Shown here: piece by piece, positions 28,597-42,486 of the stretch
Numbering within the stretch: the first letter of the stretch is position 1
How the letters are laid out: every line of letters starts with the position of its first letter
NCBI GenBank assembly: GCA_027019165.1
Contig: JALUXC010000012.1
Coordinates: 440,773-504,772, forward strand
Origin: Pseudophaeobacter sp.
GTDB taxonomy: Bacteria > Pseudomonadota > Alphaproteobacteria > Rhodobacterales > Rhodobacteraceae
DNA length: 64,000 nucleotides
Reading direction: 5' to 3'
Notes under the pieces: generated by a model
Told to the model about the DNA's origin: nothing
Seen by the model: only the letters and a program-made list of their open reading frames with translations
Databases searched by the model: none
Program-made: the position numbers and the translations under genes

Positions 28597-31008
28597 ATGG
28601 TTCGGGGGAAACTCGCAGGTACATCCTGCGGCGTGCGTGCCAAACGCACCAACATTTTGTATAGAAGCGTTTCGGCGGCGGTGTTTGCTGCCACTGTTGG
28701 AGCTACGTTCTCACCACTTGCCGCGCAGGCACAAAGCTACCGTTTCAACGCGGTGCAGGTTGAGGGCAACCAGCGTATCCAGACGAACACGATTGTTGCC
28801 TATGCAGGGCTCGAACGTGGAAAATCTGTCAGCGCAGGGCAATTGAACGACGCCTATCAGCGCATTCTGGCCAGCGGTGTATTTGAAACCGTTGAACTGG
28901 TTCCCAGCGGCAATACTCTGGTCATCAAAGTGACCGAGTTCCCGACGATCAACCGCATCAATTTCGAGGGTAACCGGCGGATCAAGGATGACAAGCTCGC
29001 CGAGCTGATCGAGTCATCGCCGCGCCGTGTTTTCAGCGCAGCCCAAGCGGAACGTGATGCCGAAACGATCGCTGCCGCCTATGGGGCGCAGGGCCGCCTT
29101 GCCTCTCGCGTGACCCCACGGCTCATTCGCCGCAGCGACAATCGTGTCGATCTGGTTTTCGAGATCGTGGAAGGTGATACCATTGAAGTGGAGCGGGTAT
29201 CCTTTGTGGGCAACAAAGCCTACTCCGACCGGCGTTTGCGCAGGGTCCTGGAGACCAAACAGGCCGGTTTGCTGCGTACCTTCATCAACAAGGATACGCT
29301 CATCGAAGATCGCTTGCAGTTCGACCGGCAGGTATTGAGGGATTTCTACCTGTCTCGCGGATACGTCGATTTCAACATCAACAGCACCAATGCCGAAGTC
29401 ACCCGGGAACGTGATGCGGTCTATCTGGTTGTTGACGTTACCGAAGGGCAGCAGTTCAAATTCGGAGAAATTTCGGTCACAAGCGAGATCGCCGAGGCTG
29501 ATGCAGATTTCTACTTCTCGTCTCTAAGGGTCAAGCCGGGCGTTGTGTATTCACCTCTGTTGGTGGAGCGCGCGATTGAAACGCTGGAAACCCTCGCTGT
29601 TCGCCAAGGTGTTGATTTCTTGCGGGTTGAACCGCGTGTCACACGGAATGATCGCGATCTTACTCTGGACGTGGAGTTTGCCTTGGTCCGGGGTCCGCGG
29701 ATCTTCGTGGAACGGATTGATATTGAGGGCAACACCACCACGCTTGACCGGGTGATCCGTCAGAGATTCAAAACTGTTGAAGGAGATCCCTTCAATCCGC
29801 GTGAAATCCGGGAATCCGCTGAGCGGATCCGTGCTCTGGGCTTCTTTGCCACGTCAGATGTGGAAGTGCGCGAGGGCAGCAGCGATGATCAGGTGATCGT
29901 TGATGTTGATGTCGAGGAAAAACCGACTGGTTCTCTTAGCCTTGGCGGTGCTTATTCGGTAAACGACGGTTTTGGTGTTAACCTTGGATTGTCTGAGAAC
30001 AATTTCCTTGGCCGTGGACAGCGTTTGTCTTTCTCAATCGCGACCGCGCAAGAATCTGAAGAATACGTTCTGGGTTTTTCTGAGCCGCATCTTCTGGGGC
30101 GGGATTTGAAGTTTGACTTGGACCTAGGGGTTTCGGAAACCGATTCCAGCTTTGCCGAATATGACACGTCTCGGGCGTTTTTCCGTCCTGCTCTCACATT
30201 CAACTTGCGGGAAGACACGTCTTTGCAAGTGCGCTACGAGTGGTCAAAGAGCGAAATGATCAGTCGGCCAGATGGCGTAGTCTCTGGTACGTCTTATCCC
30301 GTCGCTGGACCGGTTGTCAGGAGTGAGATCAACCAAGGCGAAAAATCCACCAGTTTGATTGGTCTGACATACACCTATGACAGCAGGATTTTGGGGCTCG
30401 ACCCAAACCGTGGGTTCGTGGTGCAGGTCAGTGCAGACTATGCCGGCTTGGGCGGTGACAATGAATATCTGCGCTCAACTGCGAAAGTTGTGGCTCAGCG
30501 GACAATCCTGAACGAAGAGGTAACCCTGCGAGCGACATTGGAGACAGGGTCGCTGCATTGGATGGGGAATGACAACAGCCGTTCCATCGACCGTTTTGTC
30601 CTGTCACCGAGTATCATGCGAGGGTTTGAGCCGGGCGGCATCGGCCCGAGAGACACGTCACCGCGTCCGGGCGGCGTTGGTGGCTCGTACAACGACTTCC
30701 TTGGCGGCAATCTCTACGCGGTCGCCCGGTTTGATGCTGAATTCCCGCTTGGCCTGCCGGAAGAACTCGGGCTGCGTGGGGGGCTGTTCTACGATGTCGG
30801 TAATCTTTGGGGCTTGCAGGACGTGAACACAGCCGCTGCAGGTGGAAACATTCAGGGGCGCAACGGCTCCTTCCGCCATGTGATTGGCTTCTCCGTCTTG
30901 TGGACTACAGCCTTTGGGCCCTTGCGTTTCAATTTCTCGAACGCGATCAAGAAGGAAGACTACGACCAGGAACAGAGCTTTGATCTGACACTGCAAGCGC
31001 GCTTCTGA
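28597..31008 (+). CDS. bamA: Outer membrane protein assembly factor BamA
   Basis: POTRA repeats (VEGNQRI, IEGNTTTLDRVIR), MRGFEPGGIGPR, SVLWTTAFGPLRFNF, terminal Phe; exact start uncertain. Confidence 0.96.
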   Translation: MVRGKLAGTSCGVRAKRTNILYRSVSAAVFAATVGATFSPLAAQAQSYRFNAVQVEGNQRIQTNTIVAYAGLERGKSVSAGQLNDAYQRILASGVFETVELVPSGNTLVIKVTEFPTINRINFEGNRRIKDDKLAELIESSPRRVFSAAQAERDAETIAAAYGAQGRLASRVTPRLIRRSDNRVDLVFEIVEGDTIEVERVSFVGNKAYSDRRLRRVLETKQAGLLRTFINKDTLIEDRLQFDRQVLRDFYLSRGYVDFNINSTNAEVTRERDAVYLVVDVTEGQQFKFGEISVTSEIAEADADFYFSSLRVKPGVVYSPLLVERAIETLETLAVRQGVDFLRVEPRVTRNDRDLTLDVEFALVRGPRIFVERIDIEGNTTTLDRVIRQRFKTVEGDPFNPREIRESAERIRALGFFATSDVEVREGSSDDQVIVDVDVEEKPTGSLSLGGAYSVNDGFGVNLGLSENNFLGRGQRLSFSIATAQESEEYVLGFSEPHLLGRDLKFDLDLGVSETDSSFAEYDTSRAFFRPALTFNLREDTSLQVRYEWSKSEMISRPDGVVSGTSYPVAGPVVRSEINQGEKSTSLIGLTYTYDSRILGLDPNRGFVVQVSADYAGLGGDNEYLRSTAKVVAQRTILNEEVTLRATLETGSLHWMGNDNSRSIDRFVLSPSIMRGFEPGGIGPRDTSPRPGGVGGSYNDFLGGNLYAVARFDAEFPLGLPEELGLRGGLFYDVGNLWGLQDVNTAAAGGNIQGRNGSFRHVIGFSVLWTTAFGPLRFNFSNAIKKEDYDQEQSFDLTLQARF

Positions 31009-31098
31009 TTGCCCGTGCCAAACTGCGTCGGGACAGGTGCGCACAGCGTCAAAGCCGGGAGCTTCAAGGCGGCCTTCCGTGGTCAGAAAGGACAGCTG

Positions 31099-31722
31099 AT
31101 GGCCTGGACCGGGCGCCTCATTCTTGCTGTTGCAATGGTGCTGGTCATAAACCATGGCTCTGCTATTGCGCAGAGTGATGAAACTCAGTCTGCCGTTCCC
31201 TTTGAACCACTTAGGATTCCTGGCGGTCAACTCGGAACCCCGCTCAGCGGGGTTCTGACCATTCAGCCTGAACGCTTGTTTGCGGAGAGCGCATTCGGCA
31301 AACGGATTACCCAGGAACTGGAAGCTGAAGGTGCAGTCCTAACCGCTGAGAACCGCCGGGTTGAGGCAGAGCTCAGAGCCGAGGAACTAGAACTGACCGA
31401 GCGCCGTTCTTCAATGGAGCCAGAGGCCTTCCGGGCTTTGGCTGATGCCTTTGACGAAAAGGTCCAGGAAACCCGCCGCACGCAAGTTCAGAAGCTGAGA
31501 GAAATCAATCAGATGCGAGAGAATGCGCGGCGAGAGTTTTTCGCGGCATCGCTGCCTGTGCTGCAAGGCATTCTCCTTGACAGCGGAGCTGGTGCCATTC
31601 TGGACCATGCATCTGTATTTCTCAGTGCAGAATCCGCCGATGTGACGGAGCTTGCGATTTCTCGGATCGATGCTGTTCTGGGGGACGGGGCGAGTTTGGA
31701 AGATGCCCCAACCGATCAATGA
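31099..31722 (+). CDS. skp: OmpH/Skp periplasmic chaperone
   Basis: Coiled-coil profile, [12 protein letters not shown] tail, position between bamA and fabZ; ATG 31099 after GAAAGGA. Confidence 0.8.
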   Translation: MAWTGRLILAVAMVLVINHGSAIAQSDETQSAVPFEPLRIPGGQLGTPLSGVLTIQPERLFAESAFGKRITQELEAEGAVLTAENRRVEAELRAEELELTERRSSMEPEAFRALADAFDEKVQETRRTQVQKLREINQMRENARREFFAASLPVLQGILLDSGAGAILDHASVFLSAESADVTELAISRIDAVLGDGASLEDAPTDQ

Positions 31723-31808
31723 CGGCCACAAGCATTAGGGCCTCTCGCTTGCCCAAAGCGGCCAGGATTGCTAGGGACGCGCAACGCAAAACAAACGGGA
31801 CAAAAGCC

Positions 31809-32273
31809 ATGACAGCCGACCTCAAGAGCGCTGATATTCACCTGATCCAGCGGATCCTGCCGCACCGCTACCCGTTTTTGCTCGTGGATAAGGTCGTCGA
31901 CATAGATGGCTATGCTTCGGCGCGCGGCATCAAGAACGTCACCATGAACGAGCCGCATTTCCAAGGGCATTTCCCCGGAACCCCAATCATGCCCGGTGTG
32001 ACCATCGTTGAGGCCATGGCGCAGACCGCAGGCGTAATGCTTGGCGTTGGGATGGACATGGTGGATACGGATCTTCTGATCTACTTCATGAACATCGACA
32101 AGTGTAAATTCCGCCGCAAGGTGATCCCCGGCGATGTCCTTGAGATGAACGTCGAGACACTGCGCGGCAAAAAGGGCGGCAAGATCTTCAAATTCAAAGG
32201 TGTTGCCACGGTCGATGGGGAAACCGCAGCCGAAGCGGAATTCTCAGCCATGGTCGACATTCAGAAGGACTGA
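31809..32273 (+). CDS. fabZ: 3-hydroxyacyl-ACP dehydratase
   Basis: [26 protein letters not shown] motifs. Confidence 0.97.
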   Translation: MTADLKSADIHLIQRILPHRYPFLLVDKVVDIDGYASARGIKNVTMNEPHFQGHFPGTPIMPGVTIVEAMAQTAGVMLGVGMDMVDTDLLIYFMNIDKCKFRRKVIPGDVLEMNVETLRGKKGGKIFKFKGVATVDGETAAEAEFSAMVDIQKD

Positions 32274-32278
32274 TCCAG

Positions 32279-33064
32279 ATGAGCCTGATCCATCCATCTG
32301 CGGTGATCGAAGAGGGCGCTACGATTGGAGAGGGCTGCGAGATTGGTCCGTTCTGCATCGTCGGCGCCGGGGTAACTCTTGGGAACCGGGTGGTTCTGAA
32401 ATCCCATGTGGTGGTTACGGGCGATACCGAAATTGGAGAGGATACGACGGTATTTTCTTTTGCCGTGATCGGCGAGGTCCCGCAGGATCTGAAATTCAAA
32501 GGTGAGAAAAGCCGAACCGTGATCGGCAAGCGCAATCGCATTCGGGAACATGTGACGGTAAATGCCGGCACCGAAGGAGGAGGAGGTATCACGCGGATTG
32601 GCGATGACGGGCTGTTCATGGCTGGCTGCCACATTGCCCATGACGCCCAGATTGGGGATCGCGTGATCGTGGTGAACTCTGCAGCGGTTGCCGGGCATTG
32701 CGTGCTCGAGGACGACGTGATCATTGGTGGTCTTTCCGGTATTCACCAATGGGTCCGGATCGGACGTGGCGCCATCATTGGCGCTGTTACCATGGTCACC
32801 AATGATGTGATCCCCTACGGTTTGGTGCAGGCCCCGCGTGGTGAGCTGGACGGGCTCAATCTAGTGGGGCTAAAGCGCCGGGGCGTCTCTCGGTCCGACA
32901 TTACCGCGTTGCGGGCGGCTTTTCACATGCTGGCCCAGGGGGAGGGCACATTTCAGGAACGCGCCCGGCGCTTGGGCGAGGAAACCGACAGCGCCTATGT
33001 GGAAGAGATCGTGGCCTTTATCACCGGGGCAAGCGACCGCTCCTTTCTGACGCCCGGAGGCTAG
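32279..33064 (+). CDS. lpxA: UDP-GlcNAc acyltransferase
   Basis: Hexapeptide repeats, PQDLKFKGE, HIAHD, GIHQW motifs. Confidence 0.97.
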   Translation: MSLIHPSAVIEEGATIGEGCEIGPFCIVGAGVTLGNRVVLKSHVVVTGDTEIGEDTTVFSFAVIGEVPQDLKFKGEKSRTVIGKRNRIREHVTVNAGTEGGGGITRIGDDGLFMAGCHIAHDAQIGDRVIVVNSAAVAGHCVLEDDVIIGGLSGIHQWVRIGRGAIIGAVTMVTNDVIPYGLVQAPRGELDGLNLVGLKRRGVSRSDITALRAAFHMLAQGEGTFQERARRLGEETDSAYVEEIVAFITGASDRSFLTPGG

Positions 33065-33067
33065 CGC

Positions 33068-33859
33068 ATGATTGCACTGATCGCGGGGCAGGGCGCTTTG
33101 CCCGCCGAAATCTGCAAACGCCTGCCAGAACGGCCCTTGGTATGTGCGATGATGGGATCAGAACCGGATGCGCTGGAGGCGGAGATTACTTTTCGCCTCG
33201 AACAGTTCGGCAGCTTTCTGGAGCGTCTGAGATCAGCCGGGGTGCAGGAAATTTGCCTTGCCGGGGCAGTGACCCGTCCGGCCATCGATCCTTCGGCCAT
33301 TGATGCGGCGACCCTGCCGATGGTTCCGGTTCTGCAAGGGGCCTTGGCTGCGGGCGATGACGGGGCGTTGCGGGCCGTCATGCAATTGATCGAATCTGCC
33401 GGCTTTTCTGTCCGTGCCGCGCATGAGGTCGCGCCAGATTTGTTGATGGCGCCCGGAGTGCCGAGCCGCGTTCAGCCGGGGGAACTGGACAAGGCCGACG
33501 CCACGCGCGGCGCCGAGGTGGTCGCCGCCATGAGCGCTGCAGATATTGGCCAGTCCTGCGCGGTGCGTGGGCGTCAGGCGATCGCGATTGAGACCATCTT
33601 TGGCACCGACTGGATGTTGGACACGCTGATCCGCCGCCCGGACGGGCAGGGCGGCGTCATGGTCAAGGCCCCGAAACTCGGCCAGGACCGGCGCGCCGAT
33701 CTGCCCACGATTGGCCCCTCAACGGTCAAAAAGGCCGCCGCTGCGGGGCTTTCGGGTATCGTGCTTGAGGCAGGCGGCGTGATCGTCCTTGATCAGGAAG
33801 AGGTGATCGCAGCCTGTGACGATCTGGGCCTCTTCCTGTGGCTGCGGGACGGGGCATGA
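33068..33859 (+). CDS. lpxI: UDP-2,3-diacylglucosamine pyrophosphatase LpxI
   Basis: LIAGQGALP, DIGQSCAV, GTDWML, KAPKLGQDRRADLPTIG motifs; between lpxA and lpxB. Confidence 0.92.
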   Translation: MIALIAGQGALPAEICKRLPERPLVCAMMGSEPDALEAEITFRLEQFGSFLERLRSAGVQEICLAGAVTRPAIDPSAIDAATLPMVPVLQGALAAGDDGALRAVMQLIESAGFSVRAAHEVAPDLLMAPGVPSRVQPGELDKADATRGAEVVAAMSAADIGQSCAVRGRQAIAIETIFGTDWMLDTLIRRPDGQGGVMVKAPKLGQDRRADLPTIGPSTVKKAAAAGLSGIVLEAGGVIVLDQEEVIAACDDLGLFLWLRDGA

Positions 33860-35016
33860 GCCTGAGGGTTTTCATCCTGGCGGGTGAGCCTTCGGGCGAC
33901 CGGCTGGGGGCAGCCCTGATGGAGGGGTTCAAGTCCCTTTCCCCTGGTGTGACGTTCGAAGGGATCGGCGGTACGCTCATGACCGCTCAGGGGCTTTCGT
34001 CCCGGTTTCCCATGTCCGAACTGTCGGTGATGGGCCTCGCCGAGGTGCTGCCAAAATACCGGCATCTCAAACGTCGCATCCGCGAAACCGCCGACGCAGT
34101 TGTGGAGATGCAACCGGATGTGCTGATCACCATCGACAGCCCGGATTTCTCTTTGCGTGTCGCGCGGCTGGTCAAAGAGCAAAGCCAGATCCGTACCGTA
34201 CATTATGTGGCGCCTTCAGTCTGGGCTTGGCGGCCTGGACGTGCGCAGAAGATGGCGACATGCATCGATCACGTCTTGGCCCTGCTGCCGTTTGAACCGC
34301 CTTATATGCAGGCTGCGGGCATGGAGTGCGATTTTGTGGGTCACCCCGTGGTCGGTGAACCACCTGCGACAGCCGAAGAGATATCGGCGCTTCGGGCAGA
34401 GTTGGGCCTTAGGGATGCACCGGTGGTCGTCGCTTTGCCGGGATCGCGACGGTCTGAGGTGACGCGGCTTGCGCCGGTGTTTGGGGCCGCTTTGACCGAT
34501 TTTGTCAGCGCGCATCCCGAATATCGCATTCTGGTTCCTACGGCTGCTCCCGTTGCCGATTTGGTGCGCGAAGAGATGCGGACTTGGCCCAGTGACACGA
34601 TCCTTTTGGATCCCAGAGGGTTGGAACCTTCCGTCGCCGAAGCCCGCAAACGCGCGGCCTTTGCCGCCGCGGATCTGGCGCTTGCAGCCTCAGGCACGGT
34701 TTCTCTGGAACTCGCGGCGGCGCGCACGCCCATGGTGATCGCCTACAAGTTCCAATGGCTGACCTGGCAGATCATGAAGCGCATGGCGCTGATCGATACG
34801 GTCACATTGGTCAATCTGGTCAGCGACACCCGCGTCGTTCCCGAATGCCTCGGCCCAGACTGCACACCGTCGCGGATTGCAAGCGCTTTGGGCGATGTGC
34901 GCAGTCACGCCGAAGCGCAGGCGGCTGCTATGGCGCTGACAATGGAGCGTCTGGGCGAGGGCGGCGAGGCGCCCGGTCTGCGCGCCGCCCGTGCGGTGCT
35001 GGCGCGGCTTCAGTAA
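33856..35016 (+). CDS. lpxB: Lipid-A-disaccharide synthase
   Basis: [33 protein letters not shown] motifs. Confidence 0.96.
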   Translation: MSLRVFILAGEPSGDRLGAALMEGFKSLSPGVTFEGIGGTLMTAQGLSSRFPMSELSVMGLAEVLPKYRHLKRRIRETADAVVEMQPDVLITIDSPDFSLRVARLVKEQSQIRTVHYVAPSVWAWRPGRAQKMATCIDHVLALLPFEPPYMQAAGMECDFVGHPVVGEPPATAEEISALRAELGLRDAPVVVALPGSRRSEVTRLAPVFGAALTDFVSAHPEYRILVPTAAPVADLVREEMRTWPSDTILLDPRGLEPSVAEARKRAAFAAADLALAASGTVSLELAAARTPMVIAYKFQWLTWQIMKRMALIDTVTLVNLVSDTRVVPECLGPDCTPSRIASALGDVRSHAEAQAAAMALTMERLGEGGEAPGLRAARAVLARLQ

Positions 35017-36155
35017 CCGCGCCAGATCCAGCCGCCGCCAAAAATGCGACTACTGTTCGTGTCATAAAAAACGCAGGCCTGACCGGGGGAGACGCCTTCT
35101 TCCGGGGTCAGTAGCTCCACCTCGGCCGTCGTATCCGACAGCGGACGGATGATGGCCTCACGCGGGGGGCGGGTTGAACGGACCTTGACCGCGACATGCC
35201 ATTCTTTCTGGCTGGTAAAGGACGCATCGCCCAGCCAGTTGATCTCCCGCACCGGGATTGTCCGTGTGGCGAGCATCTCTTTCGGGCCGACGACCACCTG
35301 TTTCTTTTCCACATCAAGCCGCACCACATAGAGCGGCTCGCTGAGGCCGCCGATGCCGAGACCGCGCCGCTGGCCGATGGTGTAGTGAATCACCCCGGTG
35401 TGTTGTCCCAGAACACGGCCGTCCGCATGAACAATCTCACCGGGATCCGCAGCGCCCGGGCGCAGTTTCTCGATCACGCTCGCATAGTTGCCATCGGGCA
35501 CAAAGCAGATGTCCTGGCTGTCGGGTTTATCCGCCACCGCCAGACCATACTGTGCGGCCATTTCGCGGGTCGCGTCCTTGGAGGGAAGGTGGCCAAGCGG
35601 AAAGCGCAGGAAATCGAGCTGTTCCGGCGTTGTTGAGAAAAGGAAATAGCTCTGGTCGCGGTTCGCATCCTCGGCGCAATGCAGCTCTGCTCCGTTCGGC
35701 CCCATCTTGCGCTGGATGTAATGCCCGGTGGCCATGCAGTCGGCCTCCAGATCCTTGGCGGTTTCCAGAAGATCCTTGAACTTTACCCGCTCATTGCAGC
35801 GGATGCAGGGCACCGGTGTTGCCCCGGCAAGATAGCTGTCGGCAAATTCATCGATAACGGCATCCTTAAAAATGTTTTCATAATCTAGGACATAGTGGGG
35901 AAATCCGCGTTCCTCGGCGACCCGCCGCGCATCGTGGATATCGATCCCGGCGCAGCAGGCGCCTTTTTTGGCAAGCGCGGCACCGTGGTCATAGAGCTGA
36001 AGCGTCACGCCCACGACATCATAGCCCTGATCGGCAAGATATGCAGCCACGACAGAGCTATCCACACCGCCCGACATGGCCACAACCACCCGCGTTTCAG
36101 AGGGCGGTTTGGCAAAGCCAAGCGAGTTCAGCGGTGCATTCGTATCCAGCGCCAT
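35010..36155 (-). CDS. mnmA: tRNA 2-thiouridylase
   Basis: [36 protein letters not shown] motifs. Confidence 0.97.
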   Translation of the reverse strand: MALDTNAPLNSLGFAKPPSETRVVVAMSGGVDSSVVAAYLADQGYDVVGVTLQLYDHGAALAKKGACCAGIDIHDARRVAEERGFPHYVLDYENIFKDAVIDEFADSYLAGATPVPCIRCNERVKFKDLLETAKDLEADCMATGHYIQRKMGPNGAELHCAEDANRDQSYFLFSTTPEQLDFLRFPLGHLPSKDATREMAAQYGLAVADKPDSQDICFVPDGNYASVIEKLRPGAADPGEIVHADGRVLGQHTGVIHYTIGQRRGLGIGGLSEPLYVVRLDVEKKQVVVGPKEMLATRTIPVREINWLGDASFTSQKEWHVAVKVRSTRPPREAIIRPLSDTTAEVELLTPEEGVSPGQACVFYDTNSSRIFGGGWIWRGY

Positions 36156-36302
36156 GGGGCGACTCCTCAGATCAAGGAAAAGGCCTTGCAGAATATAGGA
36201 AAATGCTAACGATCCTCAAGGGCGTGGTTCACGTGCCGTTAAGGACAATCGGCCAAATCTGCTTGTGCTCTTAAATACGCAAATCCGCACAAGGATAAAG
36301 TG

Positions 36303-36581
36303 ATGTTCTTGAAGAAAGTTGATGGACCGCGCGCTGTGACCCTGCCGGATGGTACGGTTATGACGCGAGCGGACCTTCCGCCAAAGACAACCAAGCGCTG
36401 GGTGGCCTCACGCAAGGCTTCCGTGGTGCGGGGGGTGCTTTACGGTCTGATTCCCCAAAGCGAAGCCCTGCGCACCTATGGTCTGAGTGAAGAAGAGTTC
36501 CGCAGCTGGGTTGCTGCGGTGGCAGATCATGGCGAAGAAGCCCTGAAAACCACCCAATTGAAGAAGTTTCGTAAGCCTTAG
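36303..36581 (+). CDS. sciP: CtrA inhibitor SciP (DUF1153)
   Basis: ADLPPKTTKRWVASRKASVV, YGLSEEEF motifs; directly upstream of ctrA. Confidence 0.92.
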   Translation: MFLKKVDGPRAVTLPDGTVMTRADLPPKTTKRWVASRKASVVRGVLYGLIPQSEALRTYGLSEEEFRSWVAAVADHGEEALKTTQLKKFRKP

Positions 36582-36679
36582 TGCGCCCGCCTATCCTTTT
36601 GATCCTCCTCCCCTTTGAACGCATCTTGTGGTAGTATGTGTTAACCAGGTTGCTTTGTAGTTGAGATTTAACGATTATG

Positions 36680-36695
36680 GTAACGGGCCATTAAC
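36680..36695. promoter_or_regulatory. CtrA autoregulatory site plus half-sites
   Basis: GTAA-CGGGCCA-TTAAC; further TTAAC half-sites at 36641, 36668 and 36711. Confidence 0.65.
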
Positions 36696-36755
36696 TATTT
36701 TCCAGCAAGGTTAACGCGACCTGAGGGAAACAGGATACAGGCGGAGAAAATAAAC

Positions 36756-37481
36756 ATGCGCATTCTTCTTGTCGAAGATGATCCAACCACTGCGAAAAGC
36801 ATTGAGCTGATGCTCACCCACGCGAACCTGAACGTCTATACGACGGATCTGGGCGAAGAGGGCATCGATCTTGCAAAACTTTACGACTATGATCTGATTT
36901 TGCTGGATCTGGGTCTTCCTGACATGAATGGGCACGAGGTTCTGCGCCAGTTGCGCATGGCGCGTATTGAAACGCCAATCCTCATCCTGTCCGGTGCGGA
37001 CGACACAGACAACAAGATCAAAGGCTTTGGCTTTGGTGCCGATGACTACCTGACCAAGCCCTTCCACCGTGAAGAGCTGGTTGCACGTATCCACGCGATC
37101 ATTCGGCGCTCCAAAGGCCACTCCCAGTCCATCATCAAAACCGGCAAGATCTCGGTCAACCTGGACGCCAAAACGGTCGAGGTCGAGGGCAAGGCTGTGC
37201 ATCTGACGGGCAAAGAATACCAGATGCTTGAGCTTCTGAGCCTGCGTAAGGGGACCACCCTGACCAAAGAGATGTTCCTGAACCACCTTTATGGCGGCAT
37301 GGATGAGCCCGAACTGAAAATCATCGACGTCTTCATCTGCAAGCTGAGAAAGAAACTCAGTACTGCGACCGGTGGAGAGAATTATATCGAGACCGTCTGG
37401 GGGCGCGGCTATGTTCTGCGTGACCCGCAAGACGACCAGCTCGGCAATGGCACCGAACAGCGCCTCGCGGTTGGCGCCTGA
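36756..37481 (+). CDS. ctrA: Response regulator CtrA
   Basis: [65 protein letters not shown]. Confidence 0.98.
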   Translation: MRILLVEDDPTTAKSIELMLTHANLNVYTTDLGEEGIDLAKLYDYDLILLDLGLPDMNGHEVLRQLRMARIETPILILSGADDTDNKIKGFGFGADDYLTKPFHREELVARIHAIIRRSKGHSQSIIKTGKISVNLDAKTVEVEGKAVHLTGKEYQMLELLSLRKGTTLTKEMFLNHLYGGMDEPELKIIDVFICKLRKKLSTATGGENYIETVWGRGYVLRDPQDDQLGNGTEQRLAVGA

Positions 37482-37556
37482 TCCCAGAAATCATAGCCTG
37501 CCGGGGTGCCTGCTGGGGCATGCTTTCCTCGGTGGGTGCGACATCTCAACAGATCG

Positions 37557-37580
37557 AAAACCCGCTGCGGCGGGTTTTTT
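37557..37580 (+). terminator. Intrinsic terminator after ctrA
   Basis: AAAACCCGC-TGCG-GCGGGTTTTTT. Confidence 0.8.
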
Positions 37581-37612
37581 CGTGTTCAGTGCCCGGCGTC
37601 AATCTGCCCTGA

Positions 37613-42009
<4,397 letters not shown>

Positions 42010-42038
42010 CGCATTTTCGGTTTTGTGCTAACGATGAT

Positions 42039-42111
42039 GTTCCAAGAAGTTCGCAAATGTTCTCAAAAAGTTCTTTACTTAACCCGGTGTTCATGAGAAC
42101 AAAGGAGCAAC
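42039..42111. promoter_or_regulatory. LexA (SOS) operator array, alphaproteobacterial GTTC-N7-GTTC type
   Basis: GTTC at 42039, 42049, 42059, 42070 (42059-42073 is perfect GTTC-TCAAAAA-GTTC), GTTC at 42089, and GAAC-AAAGGAG-CAAC at 42097-42111. Confidence 0.7.
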
Positions 42112-42155
42112 AAAAGCGCAGTCAAAGCGCAAAGACCTGACTTGGAGGACGACAG

Positions 42156-42278
42156 ATGATCGCACAGCTGAAATCAACGCTGCAGAATGCTCAATCCACC
42201 CTTCTGCAAGATGCCATTGGCGCTGGCGCATTGATGGTCATGCTCGTGGCAGCGCTCCACATTCCAGGGCTGTTCTGA
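42156..42278 (+). CDS. Small hydrophobic protein (40 aa), putatively SOS-regulated
   Basis: Read manually: MIAQLKSTLQNAQSTLLQDAIGAGALMVMLVAALHIPGLF*; GGAGG 7 nt upstream of ATG. Confidence 0.8.
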   Translation: MIAQLKSTLQNAQSTLLQDAIGAGALMVMLVAALHIPGLF

Positions 42279-42429
42279 CCCGCAGATTTCCCTGCCTTGG
42301 CTCTTTATGGTGGCTGTGCTTGCATCCTGTCCCGAAATGATGAGGGGAACACCTGCCTGTACCGAGATCCCTTCCGGCGCATCCCGATTGCCGGAAAGCC
42401 AGTCACGTCCCGCATAGAGAGCTTTTGTT

Positions 42430-42468
42430 GCCGCCGCCATCTGCCCGGATGTGCGGCGGCCTTTTTTT
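42430..42468 (+). terminator. Intrinsic terminator about 150 nt after the small ORF
   Basis: GCCGCCGC/GCGGCGGC stem with inner CATC/GATG, followed by T7. Confidence 0.8.
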
Positions 42469-42486
42469 GGCGGTCCGGCGTTGGGA

